Below, piece by piece: positions 44,427 through 57,468 of a stretch of DNA of 64,000 nucleotides. Location: contig CP068257.2 of assembly GCA_009914755.4 (NCBI GenBank), positions 8,832,001-8,896,000 of the forward strand, given 5' to 3'. The position numbers and the translations under genes were made by a program. Position 1 is the first letter of the stretch, and the number at the start of each line of letters is the position of its first letter. The notes beneath the pieces were generated by a model. That model was given only the letters and a program-made list of their open reading frames with translations, searched no databases and was not told where the DNA came from. The DNA is from the human T2T-CHM13v2.0 reference genome, Homo sapiens.

Positions 44427-45323
44427 TATGGTTTTATCTACTTTTGGTCTTTGACGATGGTGATGTACAGATGGGTTTTTGGTGTGGATGTCCTTTCTGT
44501 TTGTTAGTTTTCCTTCTAACAGACAGGACCCTCAGCTGCAGGACTGTTGGAGTACCCTGCCGTGTGAGGTGTCAGTGTGCCCCTGCTGGGGGGTGCCTCC
44601 CAGTTAGGCTGCTCGGGGGTCAGGGCTCAGGGACCCACTTGAGGAGGTAGTCTGCCCATTCTCAGATCTCCAGCTGTGTACTGGGAGAACCACTGCTCTC
44701 TTCAAAGCTGTCAGACAGGGACATATGAGTCTGCAGAGGTTACTGCTGTCTTTTTGTTTGTCTGTGCCCTGCCCCCAGAGGTGGAGCCTACAGAGGCAGG
44801 CAGGCCTCCTTGAGCTGTGGTGGGCTCCACCCAGTTCGAGCTTCCCGGCTGCTTTGTTTACCTAAGCAAGCCTGGGCAATGGCGGGCGCCCCTCCCCCAG
44901 CCTCGCTGCCACCTTGCAGTTTGATCTCAGACTGCTGTGCTAGCAATCAGTGAGACTCCGTGGGCGTAGGACCCTCCAAACCAGCTGCGGGATATAATCT
45001 CGTGGTGCGCCATTTTTTAAGTCCATCGGAAAAGTGCAGTATTCGGGTGGAAGTGACCCGATTTTCCAGGTGCCGTCCGTCACCCCTATCTTTGACTAGG
45101 AAAGGGAATTTCCTGACCCCTTGTGCTTTCCGAGTGAGGCAATGCCTCACCCTGCTTCGGCTCACGCATGGTGCGTGCACCCACTGACCTGCGCCCACTG
45201 TCTGGCATTCCCTAGTGAGATGAACCTGGTACCTCAGATGGAAATGCAGAAATCCCCCGTCTTCTGTGTCACTCATGCTGGGAGCTGTAGACAGGAGCTG
45301 TTACTATTCGGCCATCTTGGCTC
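44427..45323 (-). promoter_or_regulatory. L1 5'UTR (internal sense promoter and antisense promoter region)
   Basis: Collinear with the L1PA/L1HS 5'UTR, with 'gggagctgtagacaggagctgttactattcggccatcttggctc' at the terminus. Only about 7 nt of the consensus start (GGGGGAG) are missing. Confidence 0.85.
44879..44953 (+). pseudogene. L1 antisense ORF0 remnant, truncated at codon 25 by CGA>TGA
   Basis: Plus-strand 'atggcgggcgcccctcccccagcctcgctgccaccttgcagtttgatctcagactgctgtgctagcaatcagTGA' encodes MAGAPPPASLPPCSLISDCCASNQ*. This matches the start of the primate-specific 71-aa ORF0 in the L1 5'UTR antisense strand. The in-frame CGA (Arg) of L1HS is TGA here. Confidence 0.7.
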
Positions 45324-45349
45324 TCTGTCTAGTTTTTATGTGAAGATAT

Positions 45350-45366
45350 TCCCGTTTAAAACGAAG
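45350..45366 (-). promoter_or_regulatory. CENP-B box (matches the minimal nTTCGnnnnAnnCGGGn, read on the minus strand)
   Basis: Plus strand 't cccg tt t aaaa cgaa g' fits nCCCGnnTnnnnCGAAn, in the first monomer after the L1. Confidence 0.55.
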
Positions 45367-46369
45367 GCCTCAAAGCAGTCCAAATATCCACTTGCAGATT
45401 CTATGAAAAGAAAGTTTCAAAACTGCTCTATGAAAAGGTGTGTTCAACTCTGTGAGTTGAATGCAAGTATCAGAAAGTTTCTGAGAATGCTTCTGTCTAA
45501 TGTTTATGTGAAGACATTTACTTCCACCATAGGCCTCAAATCTCTCCAAATGACCACTTGTAGCTTCTGCAAAATGAGTGTGTCAAAACTGATCTATCAA
45601 AAGAAAGGTTCAACTCTCTGAGTTGAATACACACATCACAAAGAAGTTTCTGAGAATGCTTCGGTCTAGTTTTTATGTGAACATATTCCCGTTTACAACA
45701 AAGGCCTCAAAGCAGTCCAAATATCCACTTGCAAATTCTACGAAAACAGTATTTCAAAACTACTCTATGAAAAGGTATCTTCATCTCTGTGAGTTGAATG
45801 CAAACAACACGTAGAAGTTTCTGAGAATGCTTCTGTCAAGTTTTTTTCTGAAGATATTTCAGTTTCCACCATAGGCCTCAAAATGTTCCCAATGTCCACT
45901 TGCAGATTCTACAAAAAGAATTTTTCAAAGCTGCTGAATCAAGAGAAAGGTTCAACTCTATGTGTTGAATGCACACATCACAAAGAAGTTTCTGAGAATG
46001 TTTCTGTCTAGTTTTTATGTGAAGATATTCCCGTTTCCAATGAAGGCCTCAAAGTAGTCCAAATATCCACTTGTAGTATTAAGAAAAGAGTGTTTAAAAA
46101 CTGGTCTATGAAAAGGTATGTTAAATTCTGTGAGTTGAATACAAACATCACAAAGAAGTTTCTGAGAACGTTTCTGCCTGGATTTTATGTGAAGATATTC
46201 CCTTTTCTACCATAGGCCTCGAAGCTCTCCAAATGTCCACTTGCAGATTCTACAAAAAGAATGTTTCAAAACAGCTGTATCAAAAGAAAGTTTCAATTCT
46301 GTGAGTTGAATGCACACATCACAAAGAACTTTCTGATAATGCTTCTGTCTAGTGTTTATGTGAAGATAA

Positions 46370-46386
46370 TCCCGTTTCCAACGAAG
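46370..46386 (-). promoter_or_regulatory. CENP-B box (intact core)
   Basis: Plus strand 'tcccgtttccaacgaag'. Confidence 0.7.
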
Positions 46387-47048
46387 GCCTCAAAGCAATC
46401 TAACTGTCCACACGCAGATTCTACAAAAAGAGTGTTTCAAAACTGCTCTATGAAAAGGTATGTTCAAATCTGTGAGTTTAATGCACACATCACAAAGAAG
46501 TTTCTGAGAATTCTTCTGTCTAATTTTTGTGTGAAGATATTCCCGTTTCCAATGAAGGCCTCAAAGCAGTCCAAATATCCACTTGCAGATACTAAGTAAA
46601 TAGTGTTTCAAAACTGCTCTATGAAAAGGTATGTTCAAATCCGTGAGTTGAATGCAAACATCACAAAGAAGTTTCTGAGAATGCTTCTGTGTTGTTTTTC
46701 TGTGAATATATTTCCTTTCCCACCATAGGCCTCAAAGCTCTCTAAGTGTTCACTTGCAGATTCTACGAAAAGAGTGTTTCAAAAATGCTCTATGAAAAAA
46801 TATATTCAACTCTGTGAGGTAAATGCAAACATCACAAAGAAGTTTCTGAGAATGCTTCTATTTTTTATCTGAAGATATTTCATTTTCTACCATAGGCCTC
46901 AAAGCTCTCCAAATGTCCACTTGCGGATTCTACAAAAACAGTGTTTCAAATCTGCTCTATGAAGAGAAAGGTTAAACTCTGTGAGTTGAATGCACACGTC
47001 ACAAAGAAGTTTCTGAGAATCCTTCTGTTTAGTTTGTATGTGTTGGTA

Positions 47049-47065
47049 TTCCCGTTTTCAACGAA
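47049..47065 (-). promoter_or_regulatory. CENP-B box (intact core)
   Basis: Plus strand 'tcccgttttcaacgaag'. Confidence 0.65.
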
Positions 47066-50000
47066 GGCCCCAAAGCAGTCCAAATATCCATTTGCACAAT
47101 CAACGTAAAGAGTGTTTCAAAACTGCTCTATGAAAAGGGATCTTCAACTCTGGGAGTTGAATGAAAACATCACAAAGCAGTTTCTTAGTATGCTACTGTG
47201 TGGTTTTTATGTGAAGATATTTCCTTTTTCACCATAGGCCTCAAAGTTTCCAAATGTCCACTTGTAGATACTACAAAAAGAGTGCTTCTGATCTGCTCTA
47301 TCAAAAGAAAGGTTCAATTCTGTTAGTTGAGTGCACACATCACAAAGAAGTTTCTGAGAATCCTTCTGTCTAGTTTTTACTTGAAGATATTCCCGTTTCC
47401 AGCGATGGCCTCAAAACAGTCCAAATATACACTTGCAGATTCATGTAAAAAAGTGTTTCAAAACAGCTCTAAGAAAAGGTATGTTCAAATATGAGAGTTG
47501 AATGCAAACACAACAAAGAAGTTTCTGAGAATGCTTCTGTCTAATTTTTAGGTGAAGATATTTCCTTTCCACCATTGGCCTCTGCGCTCTCCTAATGTCC
47601 ACTTGTAGATACTGCAAAGTGAGTGTTTCAAAACTGCTTTATCAAAAAAAAGTTTGACTCTGTGAGTTGAATGCACACATCACAAAGAAGTTTCTGAGAA
47701 TGCTTCTTTCTATTTTTTATGTGTAGATATTGATGTTTCCAACGAAGGCCTCAAAGCAGTACAAATATCCACTTGCAGATTCTATGAAAAGAGTTTTTCA
47801 AAAGTGCTATATGAAAAGGTATGTTCAACTCTGTGAGTTGAAAGCAAACATCACAAAGAAGTTTCTGAGAATGCTTCTGTCTAGTTCATATGAGAAGATA
47901 TTTCCTTTTCCATCATAGGCCTTAAAGGTCTCCAAATTTCCACTTTCAGATTCTACGAAAATAGTGTTTCAAAACTGCTCTATGAAAAGCTACGTTCAAC
48001 TATGTGATTTGAATGCACACATGACAAAGAAGTTTCTGAGAATGCTTCTGTCTAGTTTTTATGTGAAGTTACTCCTGTTTCCAAAGAAGGCCTCAAAGCA
48101 CTCCAAATATCCACATGCACAAACTACGAAAAGAGTGCTTCAAAACTGCTCAAAGAAAACATGTGTTCAAATCGGTGAGTTGAATGAAAACATCACAAAG
48201 AAGTTTCTCAGTATTCTTCTGTCTAATTTTTTTGTGAAGATATTTCCTTTCCACCATAGGCCTCAATTCTCTCCAAATGTCCACTTGTAGATCCTGGAAA
48301 ATGAGTGTTTCAAAACTACTCTATCAAAAGAAAGGTTCAACTCTGTGAGTTGAATGCACACATCACAAAGCAGTTTCTGAGAATGCTTCTGTCTAGTTTT
48401 TCTGTGAAGATATTCCCGTTTTGCCTCACAGCAGTCCAAATATCCACTTGCAGATACTACGAAAAAAGTGTTTCAAAACTGCTCTATGAAAAGGTATGTT
48501 CAACTCTGTGAGTTGAATGCAAACATCAAAAAAATTTCTGAGAATGCTTCGGTCTACTTTTTATGTGAAGATATTTCATTTTGACCACAGGCCTCAAATC
48601 TCTCCAAATGTGCACTTACAGATTCTACAAATTGAGTGTTTCAAAACTGCTCTATCAAAGGAAAGGTTCAACTCTGTGAATTGAATGCACACATCACAAA
48701 GAAGTTTCTGAGCATGCTTCTGTGTAGTTTTTATGTGAAGATATTCCTGTTTCCAACAAAGGTTTCAAAGCAGTCCAAATATCCACTTGCAGATTCTGCT
48801 ATACGAGTGTTTCAAAACTGCTCTATGAGAAGGTATGTTCAAATCTGTGAGTTGAATGCAAACACCACAAAGAAGTTTCTGAGAATGCTTCTGTCTAGTT
48901 TTTATGTGAAGATATTGCCGTTTCCAATGAAGGCCTCAAATCAGTCCAAATATCCACTTGCAGAATCTACGTAGGGAGTGTTTCCAAAATGCTCTATGAA
49001 AAGGTATGTTCAACTCTGTGAGCTTAATGCAATCATCACAAACATGTTTCTGAGAATTCTTCTGTATGGTTTTTATGTGAAGATATTTCCTTTTCCATCA
49101 TAGGCCTCAAAGATCTCCAAATGTCCACTTGCAGATTCCACAAGAAGAGTGTTTTAAAACTGATGTATCTGAAGAAATTTTCAACTCTGTGAGTTGAATG
49201 CAGACATCACAAAGTAGTTTCTGAGAATCCTTGTGTCTAGTTTTTATATGAAAATATTTACTTTTCTAACATAGGTCCCAAATTTCTCCAAATATCCACT
49301 TGCAGATTCTACAAACAGAGTGTTTCAAAAATGCTCTATGAAAAGGAAGATTCAACTCTGTGAGTTGAATGGACACATCACAAAGTAGTTTCTGAGAATG
49401 CTTCTGTCTGGATTTTATTTATAGGTATTCCTGTTTCCAACAAAGGCCTCAAATCAGACAAAATAACAACTTGCAGAATCTACGAAAAGAGTGTTTCAAA
49501 ACTCCTCTAGGTAAAGGTATGTTCAACGCTGTGTGTTGAATGGAAACAGCACAAAGAAATTCCTGAGAATGCTTCTGTCTAGTTTTTATGTGAAGATATT
49601 CCCTTTTCCACCATAGGCTTCAAAGCTCTCCAAATGTCCACTTGCAGATTCCACAAAAACAGTGTTTCAAAACTGCTCTATCAAAAGAAAGGTTCAAATC
49701 TGTAAGTTGAATGCAGACATAACAAAGAAGTTGCAGAGAATGCTTCTGTCTAGTTTTTATGTGTAGATATTCCCCTTTCCAACGAAGGCCTCAAAGCAGT
49801 CCAAATATCCACTTGCAGATCCTACGAAAAGAGTGTTTCAAAACTGCTCTATGAAAACTTATGTTCAACACTGTGAGGTGAATGCAAACAACTCAAAGAA
49901 GTTTCTGAGACTGCTTCTGTCTGGTTTTTATGTGAAGGTATTTCCTTTTCCACCGTAGGCCTCAAAGCTTTCAAAGTGTTCACTTGCAGATTTTACAAAG

Positions 50001-52440
50001 AGTGTCTAAAACTGCTCTATCAAAAGAAAGGTTCAACTCTTTGAGTAGAATGCACACATCACAAAGAAGTTTCTCAGAATGCCTCTGTCTAGTTTTCATG
50101 TGAAAATATTCCCAATTCCTATGAAGGCCTCTAAGCTTTCCAAATATCCACTTGCGGATTCTACCAAAAGAGCATTTCAAAACTTCTCTATGAAAAGGTA
50201 TGTCAAACTCTATTAGTTGAATGCAGACATCACAAAGAAGTTTCTGAGAATGCTTCTGTCTAGTTTTTATGTGAAGATATTTCCTTCTCCACCATAGGCC
50301 TCAAAGATCTCCAAGTGTCCACGTGCAGATTCTACGAAAATAGTGTTTCAAAACTGCTCTATGGAAAGTTATTTTCAACTCTGTGAGTTGAATGCAAATA
50401 TCACAAAGATGTTTTTGAGAATGCTTCTGTCCAGTTTTTATGTGAAGATATTTCCTTTTCCACTGTAGGCCTCAAAGCTCTCTTGGCTTTGCACTTGCAG
50501 ATTCTACAAAAAGAATGTTTCAAACTGCTCCTTCAAAAGAGTGGTTCAGCTCTGTGAGTTGAATGGCCTCATCACAAAGAAGTTTCTGAGAATGCTTCTG
50601 TCTAATTTTTATGTTAAGATATTTCTGTTTCCACTGAAGGCCTCAAAGCAGTCCAAATATCCCCTTGCAGATACTACGAAAAGAGTTTTTCAAAACTGCG
50701 CTATGAAAAGGTATTTCATCTCTGTGAGTTGAATGCAAACATCACAAAGAAGTTTCTGAAAATGCTTCTGTCTTCTTTTTATGTGAAGGTATATCATTTT
50801 CCACCATAGGCATCAAAGCTTCCCAAATGTCCACTTGCAGATTCTACAAAAAGTCTGTTTCAAAACTGCTCTATCAAAACAAAAGTTCAACTCTCTGAGT
50901 TGAATGCACATATCACAAAGAAGTTTCTGAGAGTTCTTCGTTCTAGATTTTATGTGAAGGTATTCCCGTTTCCAACAAAGGCCTCAAATCAGTCCAAATA
51001 TCCACTTGTGGATTCTACGAAAAGAGTGTTTCAAAACTGCTCTATGAAAAGGTATGTTCAACTCTGTGAGTTGAATGCAAACATCACAGAGGAGATTCTG
51101 AGAATGCTTCTGTCCAGTTTTTATGTGGAGATATTTCCTTTTCCACCATAGGCCTCAAAGCTCTCCAAATGACCACTTGCAGATGCTACAAAAACAGTGT
51201 TTCAAAACTGTTCTATGAAAATAAAGGTTAACACTATGAGTTGAATGCAAACATCGCAAAGAAGTTTCTGAAAATGCATCTGTCTGGTTTTTATGTGAAG
51301 GTATATCATTTTCCACCATAGGCTTCAAAGCTACCCAAATGTCCACTTGCAGATTCTGCAAAAAGTCTGTTTCAAAACTGCTCTATCAAAAGAAAAGTTC
51401 AACTCTCTGAGTTGAATGCACACATCACAAAGAAGTTTCTGAGAATTCTTCTTTCTAGTTTTTATATGAAGATATTCCCGTGTCCAACAAAGGCCTCCAA
51501 TCAGTCCAAATATCCACTGGCAGATTCTACGAAGAGTGTTTCAAAACTGCTCTATGAAAAGGGACGTTCAACTCTGTGAGTTCAATGCAAACATCACAGC
51601 GGAGATTCTGAAAATGCTTCTGTCCTGTTTTTATGTGAAGATATTTCTTTTTCCACCATAGGCCTCAAAGCTCTCCAAATGACCACTTGCAGATGCTACA
51701 AAAACAGTGTTTCAAAACTGCCCTATCAAAATAAAGGTTAACACAGTGAGTTGAATGCAATCATCACAAAGTAGTTGCTGAGAATGCTTCTGTCTCGTTT
51801 TCATGTGAAGATATTGTCGTTTACAATGAAGGCCTCAAAGCATTCCAAATATACACTTGCAGATTCTACGAAAAGAGTGCTTCAAAACTGCTCTATGAAA
51901 AGGTGTGTTCAACTCTGTGAGTTGAATGCAAACGTCACAAAGAAGTTTCTGAGAATCTTTGTGTCTGGTTTTTATGTGAAGATATTTCCTTTTCCACCAT
52001 AGGCCTCAAAGCTCTCCAAATGTCCACTGGCAGATTCTACAAAAACGGTTTTTCAAAACTGCTCTATCAATAGAAAGCTTCAACTCTGAGAGTTGAATTC
52101 ACACATCACAAAGAAGTTTCTGAGAATGCTTCCGTCTAGTTTTTATGTGAAGATATTCCTCTTTCCAACGAAGGCCTCAAAGCAGTCCAAATATCCATTT
52201 GCAGATCCTACGAAAAGAGTGTTTCAAAACTGCTCTATGAAAAGGTATGTTCAACTCTGTGAGTTGAATGCAAACGTCACAAACAAGTTTCTGAGAATGC
52301 TTCTGTCTAGTTTTTATGTGAAGATATTTCCTTCTCCACCACAGGCCTCGAAGCTCTGAAAATTTCCACATGCAGATTCTAAAAAAACAGTGCTTCAAAA
52401 CAGCTCTATCAAAAGAAAGGTTCAGCTCTGTGAGTTGAAT

Positions 52441-53293
52441 GCACACATCACAAAGAAGGCTCTGAGAATGCTTCTCTCTAGTTTTTATGTGAAGATATTC
52501 CCGTTTACAAAGAAGGCCTCAAAGCACTCAATATATCCACTTGCAGATTCTAAAAAAACAGTGCTTCAAACACCTCTATCAAAAGAAAGGTTCAGCTCTG
52601 TGAGTTGAATGCACACATCACAAAGAAGGCTCTGAGAATGCTTCTCTCTAGTTTTTATGTGAAGATATTCCCGTTTACAAAGAAGGCCTCAAAGCACTCA
52701 ATATATTCACTTGCAGATTCTAAAAAAACAGTGCTTCAAAACAGCTCTATCAAAAGAAAGGTTCAGCTCTGTGAGTTGAATGCACACATCACAAAGAAGG
52801 CTCTGAGAATGCTTCTCTCTAGTTTTTATGTGAAGATATTCCCGTTTACAAAGAAGGCCTCAAAGCACTCAATATATCCACTTGCAGATTCTAAAAAAAC
52901 AGTGCTTCAAACACCTCTATCAAAAGAAAGGTTCAGCTCTGTGAGTTGAATGCACACATCACAAAGAAGGCTCTGAGAATGCTTCTCTCTAGTTTTTATG
53001 TGAAGATATTCCCGTTTACAAAGAAGGCCTCAAAGCACTCAATATATTCACTTGCAGATTCTAAAAAAACAGTGCTTCAAAACAGCTCTATCAAAAGAAA
53101 GGTTCAGCTCTGTGAGTTGAATGCACACATCACAAAGAAGGCTCTGAGAATGCTTCTCTCTAGTTTTTATGTGAAGATATTCCCGTTTACAAAGAAGGCC
53201 TCAAACCACTCCGTATATCCACTTGCAGATTCTACAAAAAGAGTGTTTCAAAACTGCTCTGTGAAAAGGTATGTTCAACTCTGTGGGTTGAAT
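52441..53293 (-). repeat. 5x tandem amplification of a single HOR monomer (alternating a/b sub-variants) inside HOR copy 1
   Basis: Five consecutive ~170-bp monomers share 'gcacacatcacaaagaaggctctgagaatgcttctctctagtttttatgtgaagatattcccgtttacaaagaaggcctcaaagcactcaatatat'. Two sub-variants alternate: 'atatatcc...caaacacctc' and 'atatattc...caaaacagctc'. Confidence 0.85.
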
Positions 53294-53522
53294 GCAAACA
53301 ATACAAAGAAGTTTCTGAGAATGCTTCCATCTGGTTTTTATGTGAAGGTATTTCCTTTTCCACCACAGGCCTCAAAGCTTGCCAAATGTCCACTTGCAGA
53401 TTCTACAAAAAGAGTGTTTAAAAACTGCTCTATCAAAAGGAAGATTCAACTCTTTGTGTTGAATGTGCAGATCACAAAGAAGTTTCTGAGAATGCTTCTG
53501 TCTAGTTTTTATGTGGAGATAT

Positions 53523-53539
53523 TCCCGTTTCCAACGAAG
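53523..53539 (-). promoter_or_regulatory. CENP-B box, HOR copy 1
   Basis: Plus strand 'tcccgtttccaacgaag'. Confidence 0.75.
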
Positions 53540-53694
53540 GCCTCTAAGCAGTACAAATATCCACTCTGCAGATTTTGCGAAAAGAGTGTTTCCAAACTGC
53601 TCTATCAACAGAAAGGTTCAACTCTGTGAGTTGAATGCACACATCACAAAGAAATTTCCCAGAATTCTTCTGTCCAGTTCTTATGTGAAGATAT

Positions 53695-53711
53695 TCCCGT
53701 TTCCAACGAAG
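53695..53711 (-). promoter_or_regulatory. CENP-B box, HOR copy 1
   Basis: Plus strand 'tcccgtttccaacgaag'. Confidence 0.75.
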
Positions 53712-56700
53712 GCCTCAAAGCAGTCCAAATATCCACTTGCAGATTCTACGAAACGAGTGTTTCAAAACTGCTCTATGACAAGGTATGTTCAAATCTGTGA
53801 GTTGAATGCACACATCACAAGGAAGTTTCTGAGAATACATCTGTCTAGTGTTTATGTAAAGATATTCCTGTTTCCAAAGAAAACCTAAAAGCAGTCCAAA
53901 TATCCACTTGCAGATTCTACGAAAAGAGTGTTTCAACACTCCTCTATGAAAAGGTATTTTCAACTTTGTGAGTTGAATGCAAACAGCACAAAGAAGTTTC
54001 TCAGAATGCTTCTGTCTGGCTTTTATGTGAAGATATTTTCTTTCTCACCAGAGGCCTCAAAGCTCTCCAAATGTCCACTTGCAGATTCTTCAAAAAGAGT
54101 GTTTCAAGACTGCTCTATGAAAAGAAAGGTTCAAGTCTGTGAGTTGAATGCCCACATCACAAAGAAGTTTCTGAGAATGCTTTTGTCTAGTTTTTATTTG
54201 AAGATATTCACATTTCCAACGAAGGCCTGAAAGCGTTCCAATTATCCATTTGCATATTCCACCAAAAGAGTTTTCCAAAACTGCTCTATGAAAAGGTATG
54301 TCCATCTCTGTGAGTTGAATGCAAACATAACAAAGTAGGTACTGAGAATGTTTCTGTCTAGTTTTCATGGGAAGGTATTTCCATTTCCACCATATGCTTC
54401 AAAAGTCTCCAAATGTCCACTTGCAGATTCTATAAAAACAGTGTTTCAAAACTGCTCTATCAAAAGAAAGGTTCAACTCTCTGAGTTGAATGCCCCCATC
54501 ACAAAGGTGTTTCTGAGAATGCTTCTGTCTAGTTTTTATGTGAAGATATTTCCGTTTCCAACGAGGTCCTTAAAGCAGTCCAAATATCCTCTTGCAGATT
54601 CTACAAAAAGAGTGTTTCAAAACTGCTCTACGAAAAGTTATTTTCAACTCTGTGAGTTGAATGTAAATATCACAAAGATGTTTTTGAGAATGCTTCTGTC
54701 CAGTTTTTATGTGAAGATATTTCCTTTTCCACTGTAGGCCTCAAAGCTCTCTTGGCTTTGCACTTGCAGATTCTACAAAAAGAATGTTTCAAACTGCTCC
54801 TTCAAAAGAGTGGTTCAGCTCTGTGAGTTGAATGGCCTCATCACAAAGAAGTTTCTGAGAATGCTTCTGTCTAATTTTTATGTTAAGATATTTCTGTTTC
54901 CACTGAAGGCCTCAAAGCAGTCCAAATATCCCCTTGCAGATACTACGAAAAGAGTTTTTCAAAACTGCGCTATGAAAAGGTATTTCATCTCTGTGAGTTG
55001 AATGCAAACATCACAAAGAAGTTTCTGAAAATGCTTCTGTCTTCTTTTTATGTGAAGGTATATCATTTTCCACCATAGGCCTCAAAGCTTCCCAAATGTC
55101 CACTTGCAGATTCTACAAAAGTCTGTTTCAAAACTGCTCTATCAAAAGAAAAGTTCAACTCTCTGAGTTGAATGCACATATCACAAAGAAGTTTCTGAGA
55201 ATTCTTCTTTCTAGATTTTATGTGAAGGTATTCCCGTTTCCAACAAAGGCCTCAAATCAGTCCAAATATCCACTTGTGGATTCTACGAAAAGAGTGTTTC
55301 AAAACTGCTCTATGAAAAGGTATGTTCAACTCTGTGAGTTGAATGCAAACATCACAGAGGAGATTCTGAGAATGCTTCTGTCCAGTTTTTATGTGGAGAT
55401 ATTTCCTTTTCCACCATAGGCCTCAAAGCTCTCCAAATGACCACTTGCAGATGCTACAAAAACAGTGTTTCAAAACTGTTCTATGAAAATAAAGGTTAAC
55501 ACTGTGAGTTGAATGCAAACATCGCAAAGAAGTTTCTGAAAATGCTTCTGTCTGGTTTTTATGTGAAGGTATATCATTTTCCACCATAGGCCTCAAAGCT
55601 TCCCAAATGTCCACTTGCAGATTCTGCAAAAAGTCTGTTTCAAAACTGCTCTATCAAAAGAAAAGTTCAACTCTCTGAGTTGAATGCACACATCACAAAG
55701 AAGTTTCTGAGAATTCTTCTTTCTAGTTTTTATATGAAGATATTCCCGTGTCCAACAAAGGCCTCCAATCAGTCCAAATATCCACTGGCAGATTCTACGA
55801 AGAGTGTTTCAAAACTGCTCTATGAAAAGGGACGTTCAACTCTGTGAGTTCAATGCAAACATCACAGCGGAGATTCTGAAAATGCTTCTGTCCTGTTTTT
55901 ATGTGAAGATATTTCCTTTTCCACCATAGGCCTCAAAGCTCTCCAAAGGACCACTTGCAGATGCTACAAAAACAGTGTTTCCAAACTGCCCTATCAAAAT
56001 AAAGGTTAACACAGTGAGTTGAATGCAATCATCACAAAGTAGTTGCTGAGAATGCTTCTGTCTCGTTTTCATGTGAAGATATTGTCGTTTACAATGAAGG
56101 CCTCAAAGCATTCCAAATATACACTTGCAGATTCTACGAAAAGAGTGCTTCAAAACTGCTCTATGAAAAGGTGTGTTCAACTCTGTGAGTTGAATGCAAA
56201 CGTCACAAAGAAGTTTCTGAGAATCTTTGTGTCTGGTTTTTATGTGAAGATATTTCCTTTTCCACCGTAGGCCTCAAAGCTCTCCAAATGTCCACTGGCA
56301 GATTCTACAAAAACGGTTTTTCAAAACTGCTCTATCAATAGAAAGCTTCAACTCTGAGAGTTGAATTCACACATCACAAAGAAGTTTCTGAGAATGCTTC
56401 CGTCTAGTTTTTATGTGAAGATATTCCTCTTTCCAACGAAGGCCTCAAAGCAGTCCAAATATCCATTTGCAGATCCTACGAAAAGAGTGTTTCAAAATTG
56501 CTCTATGAAAAGGTATGTTCAACTCTGTGAGTTGAATGCAAACGTCACAAACAAGTTTCTGAGAATGCTTCTGTCTAGTTTTTATGTGAAGATATTTCCT
56601 TCTCCACCACAGGCCTCGAAGCTCTGAAAATTTCCACATGCAGATTCTAAAAAAACAGTGCTTCAAAACAGCTCTATCAAAAGAAAGGTTCAGCTCTGTG

Positions 56701-57279
56701 AGTTGAATGCACACATCACAAAGAAGGCTCTGAGAATGCTTCTCTCTAGTTTTTATGTGAAGATATTCCCGTTTACAAAGAAGGCCTCAAAGCACTCCAT
56801 ATATCCACTTGCAGATTCTACAAAAAGAGTGTTTCAAAACTGCTCTGTGAAAAGGTATGTTCAACTCTGTGGGTTGAATGCAAACAATACAAAGAAGTTT
56901 CTGAGAATGCTTCCATCTGGTTTTTATGTGAAGGTATTTCCTTTTCCACCACAGGCCTCAAAGCTTGCCAAATGTCCACTTGCAGATTCTACAAAAAGAG
57001 TGTTTAAAAACTGCTCTGTGAAAAGGTATGTTCAACTCTGTGGGTTGAATGCAAACAATACAAAGAAGTTTCTGAGAATGCTTCCATCTGGTTTTTATGT
57101 GAAGGTATTTCCTTTTCCACCACAGGCCTCAAAGCTTTCCAAATGTCCACTTGCAGATTCTACAAAAAGAGTGTTTAAATACTGCTCTATCAAAAGGAAG
57201 ATTCTACTCTTTGTGTTGAATGTGCAGATCACAAAGAAGTTTCTGAGAATGCTTCTGTCTAGTTTTTATGTGAAGATAT

Positions 57280-57296
57280 TCCCGTTTCCAACGAAG
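57280..57296 (-). promoter_or_regulatory. CENP-B box, HOR copy 2
   Basis: Plus strand 'tcccgtttccaacgaag'. Confidence 0.75.
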
Positions 57297-57451
57297 GCCT
57301 CTAAGCAGTACAAATATCCACTCTGCAGATTTTGCGAAAAGAGTGTTTCCAAACTCCTCTATCAACAGAAAGGTTCAACTCTGTGTGTTGAATGCACACA
57401 TCACAAAGAAATTTCCCAGAATTCTTCTGTCTAGTTCTTATGTGAAGATAT

Positions 57452-57468
57452 TCCCGTTTCCGACGAAG
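57452..57468 (-). promoter_or_regulatory. CENP-B box, HOR copy 2
   Basis: Plus strand 'tcccgtttccgacgaag' (core CCCG..T....CGAA intact). Confidence 0.7.

Larger units (their letters stand above)
45324..50300 (-). repeat. Alpha satellite, divergent A/B-type dimeric family (no homogeneous HOR), reverse of consensus orientation
   Basis: B-type monomers ('gatattcccgtttccaacgaaggcctcaaagcagtccaaatatccacttgcagattctacgaaaag...ctctatgaaaagg') alternate with A-type monomers ('tttccttttccaccataggcctcaaagctctccaaatgtccacttgcagattctacaaaaa...ctctatcaaaag'). Neighbouring dimers differ noticeably. The HOR markers 'ctcttggctttgcacttgcag' and 'gaatggcctcatcac' are absent here. Confidence 0.85.
50481..54749 (-). 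repeat. HOR copy 1, 4269 bp (about 25 monomers)
   Basis: Marker-to-marker distance is 4269 bp. Contains 5 tandem copies of monomer X ('caaagaaggctctgagaatgcttctctctag...cccgtttacaaagaagg') at 52456, 52626, 52796, 52966 and 53137. Monomer Y appears once. Confidence 0.9.

Noticed and set aside
44444-45621. Plus-strand ORFs 44444..44650, 44960..45187 and 45121..45621, and minus-strand ORF 44947..45276, as candidate genes
   Set aside because: All lie in the GC-rich L1 5'UTR, and 45121..45621 runs from the 5'UTR into alpha satellite. They are frame-open noise, apart from the ORF0 remnant discussed separately.
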